Made by a program: the position numbers and the translations under genes. Below are positions 48,844 to 62,376 of a DNA stretch of 64,000 nucleotides, one piece after another (positions within the stretch are counted from its first letter, which is position 1; each line of letters opens with the position of its first letter). This DNA is from Octopus sinensis (Eukaryota): NCBI RefSeq assembly GCF_006345805.1, contig NC_043000.1, positions 146,878,001 through 146,942,000 on the forward strand, read 5' to 3'. The notes beneath the pieces were generated by a model, which did not search any database, was not told the DNA's origin, and saw only the letters and a list, made by a program, of their open reading frames with translations.

Positions 48844-51800
48844 GTGATCAGCAGTGATGACATCAACTAAACAAGAGAAAAACTGATTTTCTTTCAGAAA
48901 CTGTTGAACCAACAATAAACAGAAAAAAAATATAATAAAAGAAATATATTTAACAAGGAAAGCTACGTTGCACAGGAATCCGTTGAGATGCTCAAAACCA
49001 ATCTTTCTTTTATACTACAACATTCTATCTCCACCAATGCTACAACACATTTTAACTGAAAATTACATATCTTATTCATAAATTTCTCATCTATCTTGGC
49101 CCTCGCATTCTTTTCATAGTGACGTTGTTGGCACAATGGCCGAATCACTTGATATCGCAAATAGTCGCCAACACCACGGCAATACCTTCATGAATTTCTC
49201 ATCGAAACACAACCCCTCAAAGTATTGTTGGTCTTTCTGCTCACCTCCAGCCCCTCCTTCCGTTGCCAACTCAATTTCTGTTCAGTCTTCAATTCCATTA
49301 AAACTGGCCTTAAAGACGAACTTATTATAACACGCGAACTTATTTCGGTATTTATAAATAGATAGTTTGAACAAATAAAACCTAACAGGACATTACGAAA
49401 CTCTGTTACAATATCGGAACTGCCACTCAGTATTTCACACCCTGCTAACGTTGCCTTTTATGAAGCAAAAATATAGAATCGAGAATCCTTGATTTTGTAA
49501 ATGCGATGGACATAATATTTTCCACGTGTGTGTGTTCATTTGATAAAACAAATGATTTTACATAAAAGTGGAAGATAACTCAATACTTTAGGTACAGTAC
49601 ACATTTATTTTTCTGTTCCATGAATAGAATTGAAACTTAGAAGTTTCAATCAGCTGAGCCATATCGGACTGTAGTACACTTCATTCATCTTGGCTTCATA
49701 TAGTCTCCTGTTAAGTTAAACGTTTCTAGAGTAAAGTGAGCTCCACTAAATGATAATTAGTCTGTACTACAGGTTGTGATGGAGGGGTAACATGAAGAAT
49801 TTTTACTGCTAAAATTTGGGGTAGAGTTATTGTTGAGAATTTATTCATGTAAATTTTTATAATTAATTTGTGTATTTAGGTGTGTCATATTCAGATCATA
49901 GGAGTTCATAAAAGCATGTATTTAGGTGGAAGGTGTATGTTGGTCAGCAGAGGTGTCACTATGTTTAGTTGTTGCTGGTTGTCTTTGGATATTAATGGGA
50001 TATCTAACTTTTTGTTTTGAGAATGTGAAGGTTAAAGCTCAGAGTTCATTCCAATATTTAAACCTTTGTAATTAGGTGTATTTATCTCGGTGTATCAGAC
50101 GTTTGGTTATGAAGTTAAGGGTTCACAAAAGAATGCAAGTAGGTGGTAAGTTTTAGTCGGTTAGTAACGCTTTTTACTTGTAGTAGGTGTTATTTAGGGT
50201 TTCTCACCTGTTTGTATTGAGATTGTGGTTTAGAATGTCATGATGGAAAATTTAACCTTATGCTTTAATGATTCACAAAAGGATGCAGGTAGATGTAAAT
50301 GTTGTTCGTCAGCATATTTTTTCTCTAGCGGATCATTAGTCTAGAAGTCATTTGGTTACTATTTAGAAAGTTTAAACTTTGCGTTGAAGGAGGTGAATTT
50401 TATGAGCTATATTTTATAAATATTCCTTTTATTCGCTTTCAAGCGTGAATATTCTATAATATATTAATTTTGATTATTGAATATGTGCAAAACTGGGCAT
50501 TATAGAATATGTGCAAAAAATTCTGAGTCAGTTTTTCGACTATCCTCCTTGCATGTGTATATTCGTAGATGAGTGAGCTAATTTTAGAAAACTTTTTGAG
50601 AATTTTTGCTCAAAATTGGGAAACTCTTAAATGATTTTCTGCTGGACTTCTTTAGTGTTGCGCTATAATATCAGCTTTTATGTGTATTACAGAGGCAGTT
50701 TATGGTAAACGTGGAGATGGGAGAGGAAAGGTGGTGGGCTATTTTTATGTTTACTCGTTAGAAAAGTCTATTGGTTTGAAATGTTTTAGCATTTTGAAGA
50801 TTTTGTGCTTGCACGAATCCTACCACATTTTTACATTTACGAACCAGATTTTAAACCGAAATCCTGAATTAGTCTTTTCATGCAGACTAATTAGTCTCTT
50901 CATTTATCCATTATGATAGGACTGCTTAGACCAGTATTCAGAGCTAATGTACGTCTCTAGTGATTCTTGGGGTGAATAAAAAAAATTACAGTTTTCAAAG
51001 GTAATTTTTCTTCCGACATTTAATCAGAACCCGTAGAGAATTTGATACATTGCTTTAGTTCAATTTAGTTAATTAACATACCTCTTAAAACGAGAAGTGT
51101 GTGAGATATAAATGAATCTAAGGGGAACACATTTCATTGTAAAAATACATTTGCATTAGCATTAAAATTTAATAGTTAGTCGCTTGGCATTTTTAAACTG
51201 CTCCCGCTGATTATTATAGCAAGAGATTCTAACTTCCAAGTAACTTTATAAAATACACAGTGCAGTGCCAATACAACGTACAAAATACCGAAAATTAATC
51301 TTCTCTCTTCGCTCCTTTGCACCACACGGGCTCAACTTCCCTTCATCTTACTCCCCTCCTCTCCTCTCTTCACTCCTACCCACCTTCTCCCTTCATTGAT
51401 ACTCCCTCTGTTTCTAGTATCCCCTGCAGTCAAACATCCACGTTCATTTTCTCTTCATAAACTTCTGGAAGACTGACAAGCATAAACACCAATAGTAAGC
51501 AGGTTTGTGTCCATAAGAAGTATGGGTTGTGTTACTAATGAAGCAATTTAAACAACCTTTCTTGTACTAAAGACTGAATTTGTTCATTTCATATTGTTAT
51601 TGACACAGATGCAGGAATGTAACTTCGACTCAAAAGTTAAACAAGGCACTGGGTACGGTTTTCTAAGTACTTAGACGTGCGACACACCATATTTTGCAAA
51701 GTAATGTTGGTTTTTGACGATGGGGTTGAGGGGCAAACGTTTGAAGAATATTTTAGATATTAGAATGGACTGATCTACGCCAAATGGCACTGCTACTTAA

Positions 51801-52543
51801 GTCATCAAATTCATGGAGAAAACATGAACGATATGAGCGATAAAGATAAATGCGATGGGATTTAATCAGATATTGATGCAAAGAGATGCTTCTAAATGCC
51901 ACTCAACTTTTGTATTGCAGGGAGCGGTAGAAAACAAACACCTACAAATACCTTGGAAGAAACCAAGAATTTTATGACTGAATTAATATGCGCATAAAAA
52001 AAGGCAATTAAATCTTTGTTCCGGAGGCGCTATGACTTTAGTTTAGTCCCATTAAAGAGCATAGTTCTTTCTTGTCTCCGAACAAATAAGAACAATTGAT
52101 GTTTTCACAAAGAGTTTAGCGCATTCTAGACAAATATAAAAAGAGCAAAGCTAGAAATCACAATGCAGGTACGGTTTGAATTTCAGTTACAAATTCGTCA
52201 GAATGCTGTATGCAATAAACTAATTGTATTAAATTTTCATTCTCAGAGAATAAAAACCTAGCGATTATGTTACCAAAGAATACTTGTTAGCAATGAGAGT
52301 TAATTGCATGGTTGATTTAACATCTTTTATCTTTTACGTTTTACTAACTTCAGTCATTTGACTGCAGCCATGCTAATGCACCGCCTTGAAGAGTCTTTTA
52401 GTCAAACAAATGGAACCCAGGACTTATTTTTTTAAAGCCTAGTACTTATTCTATCGATCGTTTTTGCCGAACCTCTAAGTTACGGGTATGTAATCACATC
52501 AACACCGGCTGTCAAGCGATTGTGGGGGACAAACACGGACGCA

Positions 52544-52608
<65 letters not shown>

Positions 52609-52612
52609 ACAC

Positions 52613-52990
52613 ATAATAATTAAAGTGGCTAGACGCAATTCAAAACCAAAAGGAAATAATTCACCGTCACTAAAAAGTGACGAAGAGTGTAGGGAATACC
52701 AGCACTGCTAGAATTAAGAGTCACAGACTCTTTAGCCACAGAAGCACATGTTCTATCTGCTGACATGGGAGATAACCTCCCCACCGCAAGCGAGTGGCAT
52801 TAGACTGGCATGCTAATTTCGCATAGAAATTAATGCTCATCGGTAATGCTTACTCCATAGCGGGTGGTGAAGCTAAATTTACCTTGTCAACATGAATAGA
52901 TTTCCCATAATGGTAATATGAAAATTATAAAATAATTAAGGTGGATAGACATAATTCAAAACCAAAAAGGAAGTAATTCACCGTCATTAT
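52613..52990 (-). mobile_element. Candidate non-LTR retrozyme (316-nt unit plus ~58-nt terminal redundancy)
   Basis: Direct repeats at 52615-52672 and 52931-52989 (offset 316), an internal complete type I HHR, three further hairpins and no ORF. Confidence 0.65.
52792..52855 (-). ncRNA. Complete type I hammerhead ribozyme motif (U4C core, GUC cleavage site)
   Basis: GAGU-AA-GCAUUA-CCGAUGA-GCAU(UAAUUUCU)AUGC-GAAA-UUAGCAUGCCAG-UC-UAAUGC-C-ACUC. Predicted cut between 52803 and 52802. Confidence 0.8.
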
Positions 52991-53918
52991 ATACACACAC
53001 GCACACACGATGAGCTTCTTTCAGTTTCCGTCTACCAGATTCACTCATAAGGCTTTAGTTGGCCGAAGGGTATAGTAGAAGACACCTGCCCAAAGTGCCA
53101 GGCAGTAGAACTGAACCCAGAACCATATGGTTGGAAAGCAAGCTTCTTCCCACACAGCCACGCCTTATCTGATCTTTATTTTGAGTTTACCAGATAGCTA
53201 TGGACGCGTTTCGACATCCGTTTAGCTTCCTGAATTAATATGCACATAAAAAAAAGACAATTTAATCTTTGTTCCGAAGACAGGAAACAGCTACGGAAGC
53301 GCTATGGCTTTAGTTTAGTCCCATCAAAGAGCATAGTTCTTCTTGTCTCCAACCAAATAAGAACAATTTTCACAAAGAGTTTAGCGCATTCTAGACAAAG
53401 ATAAAAAGAGGAAAGAGAGAAATCACAATGCAGCTACAGTTTGAATTTCAGTTACAAATTAGTCAGAATGTTGAATGCGATAAATCCAGAACCATATGGT
53501 CGGAAAGCAAAGTTTTTTCCCACACGGCCACACCTAATCTGATCTTTATTTTGACTATGACAGATAGCTATGGACGCGTTTTGACATCCGCTTAGCATCC
53601 TCAGCTCATAGCCAGCAAATCGTTTACACTCTAAATTTTTGTCTGTTGCAAACTGTCTGCTCTCGCTTAGTAAAAGAGAATTCATTTCATTCTACTTCTA
53701 GCAGGAATAGTAAATTTTATCCAACTCCTACACAAGCTTGAATTTAGCATAAAATTAGTCATTAATGCGATTCATTAGCATTTCATTGAATCCCATGTAT
53801 TCACGGACATGTGTGTGCACGTAAGTGTCTATGCATCTTTTTTGTGAATGTGGAGTGAGTGTATATGTACACGTGTGTCTGTGTGAATTGTGCATGTATG
53901 TATATATATATATATATT

Positions 53919-53970
<52 letters not shown>

Positions 53971-54417
53971 CATGTGTGTGAGTGTGTGTGAATGTATGTG
54001 TGCCCATACTGTGAATGTATATATGTGTGTGTATGTATATGTGTGATTGTTTTAACATTTTCCTCATGATTTCAAATTCAGTCTCGGTACATTTCTCTGT
54101 CTGTGTGTCTGTGTTTCTGTATCGGTATGTTTGTGTGTGTGTGCGCGTGTGTGTGTGTATGTGTGTGTTTATGCGCGCGCATGCAAGTGTGTGAAGCAAC
54201 TCGTGGCTTTAATGTACGTCATATTTGTAGTATTCAAATGTGAATTTTGCAGGCATAGTAATTGTTAAATATATGGAAAAAAAAACATTTTGTCTGGTCA
54301 GTTATTTTACGTGAGAATTTCACGGAAAATTATTTGCCTCTCACAAGCTAATCTCTCCTTCCGAAGACCGTGCATTCATTACAATGCCGCATATATAAGT
54401 ACATCTACGTATGTGGG

Positions 54418-54507
54418 ACCGAAATATTGCGAGCTCTTCACTTTCCCCACCGAAATATTGCGAGCTCTTCACTTTCCCCACCGAAATATTGCGAGCTCTT
54501 CACTTTC
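54418..54507. repeat. 31-bp perfect minisatellite, 2.9 copies
   Basis: ACCGAAATATTGCGAGCTCTTCACTTTCCCC in tandem, no spacers. Confidence 0.95.
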
Positions 54508-55359
54508 TTCAAACAGGGACTGTATCAACAGCTCCCCTTAAGAAAGGAAGGATATATATATGTCAAGCTTCATCTTAATGTATATAATAGAAAGTATAAA
54601 AAGGAGACAAGCTAGACGCTGTAGCATTGCCTACCTATATTTTCCGTTATGTCAAGTGACACCACTGTGTGGTGCCTGATCTGCAGGAAATAATAATCTA
54701 ATATTCCTTAAATCATACCCCACCGACTTCAATAAACGCTTTCTGAGACAATTTACTTTCTGATATCCAAACATGCAGTATGTTCTCGACTGACACGCCT
54801 TTCATTTCAGCTCGTTTCAGTCAAAACTGATCACGGGCTCAACAACAACAGCAAACAAGATTTTTCCAATTAAAAGAAGAAGGCTTCTGCAAGTCACCCG
54901 GATAGCAAGAGCTAGTATCCAATTATCCCTCTAATCACATCCAATTGTTTTAAATTAGGCAAGGATACAGTAAATAATGTAGTACTATACTCATAAAAAA
55001 AAAGGCACGCTAATATATGAATCAAATAAACTTCCGGGGGGCGAGATTTCTTCTTATCTATCTGAATATTCTACGTAACTTTCATTGAAAAAACTTGGCG
55101 TTGAATTCATTAATTTGGCTTCAGGTTTCTCTCTTGTTTCGACAAAGAAGCTCTCTCTCTCTCTCTCTCTCTTCCCCTCTCTCTCTTTCCCTCTCTCTCC
55201 TTCCCTCCTCTCTGTCATCCCCCCTCTCTCTAACCTTCCACACACACATATACACATATAGAAATACATACATGCATATAGATTTAGAATGGTCGATAGA
55301 AACATACGTGCGTATTTCTATGCATGTACATATGTACAAACATACACATGTACAACTAC

Positions 55360-55400
<41 letters not shown>

Positions 55401-58400
55401 GGTAGAAATATACAAACATATATACATAAATACAAGCATACATAGTGAGGAAGGAGGGGGGTAGATATAACGCGAGTGAGAGAGTCAGACAAAAGGAGAG
55501 ATAGACAGACAGAGGGAGAAAGAAGACATGATTTGTATAAAGAAGCCATACAAATATTTCATCCCTCTTGGGGAGTCGTTTGTTTTATGGTTGTATAATA
55601 CTTTTCTTTTCGCTTTTCCAAACATTTCAGATTTCTACTGTCTTTTTGCCATGCTGTTTGTTTTTTTTTTTTATATTATTATTCGTTGTTGTTCTTTCTT
55701 TTAATTTATATAATCGTATTTTTTCCTCGCTATTTTTTTTTAGAAAATTTTTGTCATTTTCATTTGTTTATTTGACGAAAATTGCGTTTGTTTATTCTCG
55801 TTATTTTCCTTTTTTCCTTCCTTTTACCTTTTGCTTAGTGTTAAAATTTATATTTTTATTTGTTATTGTTATTACGATTCCTTTCATTGCTGTTGCTGTT
55901 GTTACTGCCTATTGTTTGTATATGTTGCCTCCTATGTTACATTTGTCGTTGCTTCAAATTTACAACGCACTGATGTTGCTGTTTCTGTTCTTAGTGTTTT
56001 AATTTTATTAGTAAGAAGAAAGAAAATAACATAGAAATATATGTAAAGAAGAGAAAAACATTCGGTTTGTATATACTTCTATATTAAAACCAGCCGCATT
56101 GTTATCCAGAATTTTAAGAAACTAAAATTTAACTTAATATACTGCAAGTAAATCTTCGTTGGTTACGTAGAGGGTAAGACCAAAAACACAGGCAATTATT
56201 TATTTATTCATCCAATCGTATTGTTTTAAACGAAATTCACTGACGTAAACAAATATGTTTCTTTTTACATCATCATCATCATCATCATCATCATCATTAT
56301 TATTATCAATTTCATTTTTTTTTTCTTTTTGTTAATTCATTTACATCTAGAAGTAGTTTTGCTGAAGTTTATTGTTTTTGCTTTCATTTTGTTTTATTTT
56401 TCTTCTAATTCATGGAGTTTGTTTTGTCGTCGAAAATTTGACAACCTATTCCAAACATTTTTATATTTAATTTTTCTTTTCTATCTGGCTGCATCATTCA
56501 GCATGCTTGATAAATTTTACTCTTTTAGATTTTTATGTTCTCAGTAATGATAAACAAAAATCACAGAGCAACATAACATAATTTAATTTAATATTCAACT
56601 CTGAAATTTATATGCATCATTACTTAAGAAGCGATTTATATCAATTAATTCAAGACTGATTCTTTTTTCTTTTCTGTTTTTTTTTTTCTTAACGATAGGA
56701 GAAACGGTTTCTGACTCCAACAGAAATTTCTTTAGTATTTACACAGCGTTTATCACTTAAAGGTTACTACCAACATTTTGGTGTTATCTTTGCCAAGTTA
56801 TGTCTAATTGAGCAGGCCTTCGAATGAAGGTGTGCCAGTTGGTGGTTCCTGCCTCTTATTCAAACATACTGCATCTAGGACCACATTATTCAAAGAGTTC
56901 TTCCTTTTTAATGTTTCAGAAGGATTTCGCTGATATTTCTGGTCAAACTACTGCGTAAAGGTTCCCTTCATTTGCTCGGAGCTCGGTGCGAAACTATAAC
57001 CTATTCTTGGAGCCCTTGCAAATTAATTACCTAAGGGATTTTATCAGTTGAAAATACACTGTACTTTGTTTATATTACCTCCTTTAGATCCATGCCTGAG
57101 AACTAATCACTCGTACGTCGTATACTGCTGAAGCTGTTTAAAATTGCGACACATAAGACCCCTTCATAACTAAAACTATTTCAGCACAGATTTACCTGCG
57201 GATGAGGGCAGAGCTTAATTCGTGATTGGATACGAAACATGAAGCCACAACATTTTAAAACCCATTCTCTGTCATCTTTGGTGAATAAAGTATTCATGTA
57301 GAGAAAGGATGAACATTGAGTAAATACTGACCAATATTTACTTAAACACCGAAAACTTCGTCTTCACGCCAGCACCTCCTTCCACGTGATATTGATTAAA
57401 GTCATAACTTACAGCTATAATAAGCAAATAGGATGAAACTACTTAATCGGAAATCGATCGTTTATCGCTGTCTCAGAGTGTCTACATGACAATCTGTTCA
57501 TATAACCCATTTCCTGCAGACAATCCTTTGATCCTTTATTTATAATACAATTATGTAAGTAATACTGATCCCCATCGAGCAGAGTTTTCTTTCTTTTTCC
57601 CAACGGTTTCGCTTTGGAACTGAGAGTTAACCGATTTGAATATACACGATATTAGCTTCTTCGAACTAGGTATATCAGTACAATTTTTACCGGAGATTAG
57701 AATAATCGATAGCGAATATACTTGCATATTACTAATACTTATTATTGATTTCAGTATGATAAAAGCTAAATACTGACTTCAGAGTTTAGGGGCATGATAC
57801 TAATCATTGTAAATACTTCGTCAGGATTTCTAATGCTCTGTAGAGCTGCTTCACACTTCGTAATATACGGTGTAATACTGACTTTTGTTAGGCTATTAAA
57901 AATATAAAATCAAGTAAAGTTGATGGATTCCACCCTTCTATATTACTGCTACATTTACATACTAACGAGGAAGCATCTACAAACTTGATCAAGATGCTAG
58001 AAGTAGCAGCTAAATCTTCATACTAAAACTTGTATTTTTTAAAATACAATAAAACATGTCGTCATAAGTATACTACGTCTATAAAATGATTGGATACTTA
58101 AGGTTAAGGTGCATTTGATCGTATAAATGTTTGATCGTATTTGACCCAAACAATGACAAGCCAAGGAGTAAGATTTTATGTCATTATGAGACCTGCTAGA
58201 AGTAACAACCAAATCTCCCTTGAATCAGATTCTTATAACCTGGCTAGTGGAGTTCTCTACACTTAGATTAGATGTGAAAATAGACGATATGGATTTGCTG
58301 AAATGGCTCTGATCAAAGGTATGACCTAAGTCTAAACAGTATCAACGCTTGACATGCTTAACCAAGACCTTCATATAGAAATATAAATACGTTGATTACC

Positions 58401-58429
58401 AGGTCGTAGGTCCTGGGGTTGGGGTGGGG

Positions 58430-58560
58430 GAGTTACAAGCAATAAAATTGATCCCAGATCTTGAATGGTGTCTATTTTATCGATCCTGATAGGATGAAAG
58501 AAAGTGTAGTTCTTGATGAAAGTTGAACTCAAAATGTAAACGGAAGTAATTAACTTTTGC
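58430..58560 (-). mobile_element. SINE family B-related, old fragment
   Basis: ATCGATCCTGATAGGATGAAAG...TTGAACTCAAAATGT. Confidence 0.55.
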
Positions 58561-59301
58561 AAGGAATTTTATGCAGTGTTCTGTCCATCGTCCTGAAACT
58601 GAAGATAATATTAATGAATGCTCTCTCTTTCTCAGTAAAACTTTCTTCTTTCGCTTTCTCTCTCTCTCTCCCCCTCTCTTTCTCATTTTCTCTCCATTTC
58701 CCCCTCTCTTTCTCCAACCGTCTGCTTTTGTATCTAATTTCTAGCTTTCTTTCTTTCTCTCTGTCTTTATCTCTTGTTCACTCTCGTTCTCTCTCTCTTT
58801 TTCTCTTATTCTTCTCCTTTTACTACTTTGTTCTCTCTCTTCCTCCCTCCCTCTCTCTCTATTTCTCTCGCTTTCTTTGTCTCTAATTCTTTCTTTTCAC
58901 TCGCTTGCTCTTTTTCTCTCTCTTTCTCTCGCTGCGAAAGATCATTCCCCGGTTCATCTGCAAAAGCCATCTTCCTGATAGAGTCTTCTTACATATTTTT
59001 CTCTATCCTCTCAACCATACAGAAACAAACACTAACACAAAAATAAGAATATATGTATACGGCAATCAATAAAATATGATATCATTTTAATAAATTAAAT
59101 ATTTATTTATCGTAATATTTCTCCTTTTAAAGTTCTCTTCTCAAGGGTCGCAAAACTGACATAAATGTACTTACTATAATTTCATGCAAGAGAAACATAA
59201 ACCGGTTTAATCTCTAAAAGAACGGTACGTAACGAGTAACTCTGATTCTAAACGGAATGTGTTTATGATACTGCAATATATTCTACTTCGGCATATGTGT
59301 G

Positions 59302-59608
59302 TGTTGTTGTTTTGTTCCTTCTCGAGCCATGCCTGGCTCATAAGGGCCGGTTTCCCGGATTCTTGGCGTATAGGTTCCCCACCTGGACGGGACGCCGGTC
59401 CATCGCAGGTGAACTGCAAGATGCAGGAGGAAAGAGTGAGAGAAAGTTATGGCGAAAGAGTCAGCAGAAAATTTCGCCATTACCTTGTACCGGAGCGCCG
59501 CGAGCTTAGGTGTTTCGCTCATAAACACATGCATCGTCGGGTCTGATATTCGAACCCGCGATCCCTCGACCGCGAGTCCGCTGCTATAACCACTGGGCTA
59601 TGTGTCTC
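59302..59608 (-). mobile_element. tRNA-derived SINE, family C, with V-SINE-like central domain
   Basis: Head TAGCCCAGTGGTT...GGTTCGAAT (A/B boxes), central CCTGCGATGGACCGGCGTCCCGTCCAGG, (CAA)n tail. Confidence 0.8.
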
Positions 59609-60051
59609 CACAATATGTGTGTGTGTATGGTTGTGTGTCTGTATGTGTTCCTATATGTTGTGTGTGTGAGGAGGGGCTTTTGTTCGACGGTTGTGATTCG
59701 GTTGTTCGATCAACTAAATTAACGTATGACTTAGCGGTCTTCGACAGAATCAGACTGACGGAGTTTGTGACGACTCTCTACCGATAGGTTTCTCTCTATT
59801 CAGTTTCACTTGCAAGGTATAACTCCATGCGACCTTATAGAATATGGGATTTGTTCAAGATACCACACGATGGAATCGAATCAGAGAGACCGTGGTTACG
59901 AAGTAAACATGTTAGCCATTCGTACTGCGCGTAATAGATACTCATTCACCCAAACATTCATTCACAAACACACACACACAAGCAACCAGACACGCGCATG
60001 CGCACACTCAATCACACATGCACGTATGCACACATACACGTACAGCCACAC

Positions 60052-60065
60052 AAGATAGATAGATT

Positions 60066-60146
<81 letters not shown>

Positions 60147-60257
60147 ATAAACAGACAGACAAATAGATAAATACATACATACATGCATACATGCATGCAT
60201 ACATACATACATACATACATACATACATACATACATACATACATACATACATACATA
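60052..60257. repeat. (GATA)n-(CATA)n microsatellite
   Basis: Direct read. Confidence 0.95.
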
Positions 60258-60435
60258 CTTTATTTCGGAGCTTATCGTGGTCACAGTGATGTATAAGCTA
60301 CGGAGATTACAAATACTGCGCTCTGAGATGGACATCGGTCTCTTGCAGGAACGGTTCCCCTCCCAACTGTGGTTGGAACTCGTTTTCAGCTCAGTAAATA
60401 TGTGTGTTCGTGTCTATGTATGTATATGTATAGTG

Positions 60436-60766
60436 AACGCTGGAGACTTAGTGGTTAGATTATTCTAGAGGTTTCGATTCCCGGCGATGCGTTGCGTCCG
60501 TTTCGATTCCCAGCGATGCGTTGCGTTCTTCAGCAAGACACTTTATTTGACATTGCTCCTGTCTATTCAGCTGGCAAAAATGAGTCGCTTGTATTTCAAA
60601 GGGTTAGCCTTGTCATATTCTGGTTCAGGTTGGTCCTAACAGAAAACTACGTTTAGGGCACGTGTATCTGCGGAGCGTTCAGCCACTTGCACGTTGATTC
60701 CACGAGCAAGCTGTGCCTATCATCGGGTTAACTGGAACCTTTGTCGTCGTAACCGACGGAGTGCCA
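60436..60766 (+). mobile_element. tRNA-derived SINE, family D
   Basis: TAGTGGTTAG A-box, duplicated GTTTCGATTCCC B-box segment, GCAAGACACTTTATTT core. Confidence 0.8.
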
Positions 60767-60788
60767 ATTTATATATATATATATATAT

Positions 60789-61010
60789 ACTCTTTTACTC
60801 TTTTACTTGTTTCAGTCATTTGACTGCGGCCATGCTGGAGCACTGCCTTTAATCGAGCAACTCGACCCCGGGACTTATTCTTTTGTGAGCCCAGTACTTA
60901 TTCTATCGGTGTCTTTTGCGGAACCGCTAAGTAACGGAGACATAAACACACCAGCATCGGTTGTCAAGCAATGCTATGGGGACAAACACAGACACACAAC
61001 ACACACACGC

Positions 61011-61078
<68 letters not shown>

Positions 61079-61213
61079 TACGACGGGCTTCTTTCAGTTT
61101 CCGTCTACCAAATCCACTCACAAGGCTTTGGTCGGCTATAATAGAAGACACTTGCCCAAGGTGCCACGCAGTGGGACTGAACCCGGAACTTACCACACAG
61201 CCACTCCTGCGCC
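60789..61213 (-). mobile_element. SINE family A (small internal deletion in head)
   Basis: Reverse complement of 20945-21403. Confidence 0.92.
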
Positions 61214-61595
61214 TATATATATATATATTATATATATATATAATATATATAATATATATACATTCATACTTACGTACATACATACATACACATACATACA
61301 CACGTACATACATACATACTTACATACATACACAAGTACATACATACATACGTACGTACATATATGCATACATTTATGCCACGAACACACCATTCGTAAC
61401 GTGAGTGTTGCTTATTAAAGCAGTGTATTAACCCTACAACTGTCCTTCGATATACGTTGCAGTTTTCTATTGGTTAGCTTTGTACGGAGGAGGTGTAATT
61501 TTCTTTTATTTTTTTTTAGGAAAGTACTGTATTTTTGTTTTACTTCATTATTTTCCTTTGGTTTTTCGTTATATATATATATATATATATATATA

Positions 61596-61652
<57 letters not shown>

Positions 61653-61827
61653 GTATATATGTATATCTTAGCCATATATGTCTCACGCATACGTATTTGT
61701 TAATATCGAAATTCTTGCGAGTTGTTTCTGCTATTGCTGCTGTAGCCACTTGTTTCATTTCTAGTAGCACTTGCAATTACCGTTCGTGCTAACACGGCAG
61801 CTGCTCTTCCAAATTACAACGATGACA

Positions 61828-61858
<31 letters not shown>

Positions 61859-62203
61859 AGATGATGATTGTCGTGGTAGTAGTGGTGATGACAATGACAA
61901 CGAGGATGATGGTCGTGGTAGTAGCGGTGATGTCAATAACACTAACAATAACAACGATTATGCACTCGTAATTGTGGTTTTGAGCTGTTTTTGCTGGCTG
62001 AATCGATGCAGATTCTCAAATTATAAAATCATATATAATATTAATTAATTATTGTAGAGAAATATTCTAGTCTTTTTTTTCTTTTCGCTTATTTTTTTCT
62101 ACATCTTTTTTCACTTATTTTCTTTTTTTCTCTGTTTCACCCGCTTCTCTCTCCTTCAATATATATCTCAAAGTATGTGTGTGGGCGAACGCTTTTATAT
62201 GCG

Positions 62204-62269
<66 letters not shown>

Positions 62270-62286
62270 TATATATATATATATGC

Positions 62287-62376
<90 letters not shown>

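Larger units (their letters stand above)
52323..53164 (-). mobile_element. SINE family A split by a 378-bp HHR-containing insert
   Basis: Tail at 52323-52610, head at 52991-53164. Confidence 0.85.
51978..53602. repeat. Degenerate local tandem duplications
   Basis: 51978-52209 ~ 53230-53473; 53118-53232 ~ 53486-53602. Confidence 0.85.

Noticed and set aside
49600-50300. Old PLE (INTPNYKGLNI, GAAACGTT)
   Set aside because: Suggestive P.GLN-like end, but too decayed to call and no HHR core.
54418-54507. CRISPR-like 31-bp repeats
   Set aside because: The repeats are contiguous with no spacers, there are no cas genes, and the context is eukaryotic.
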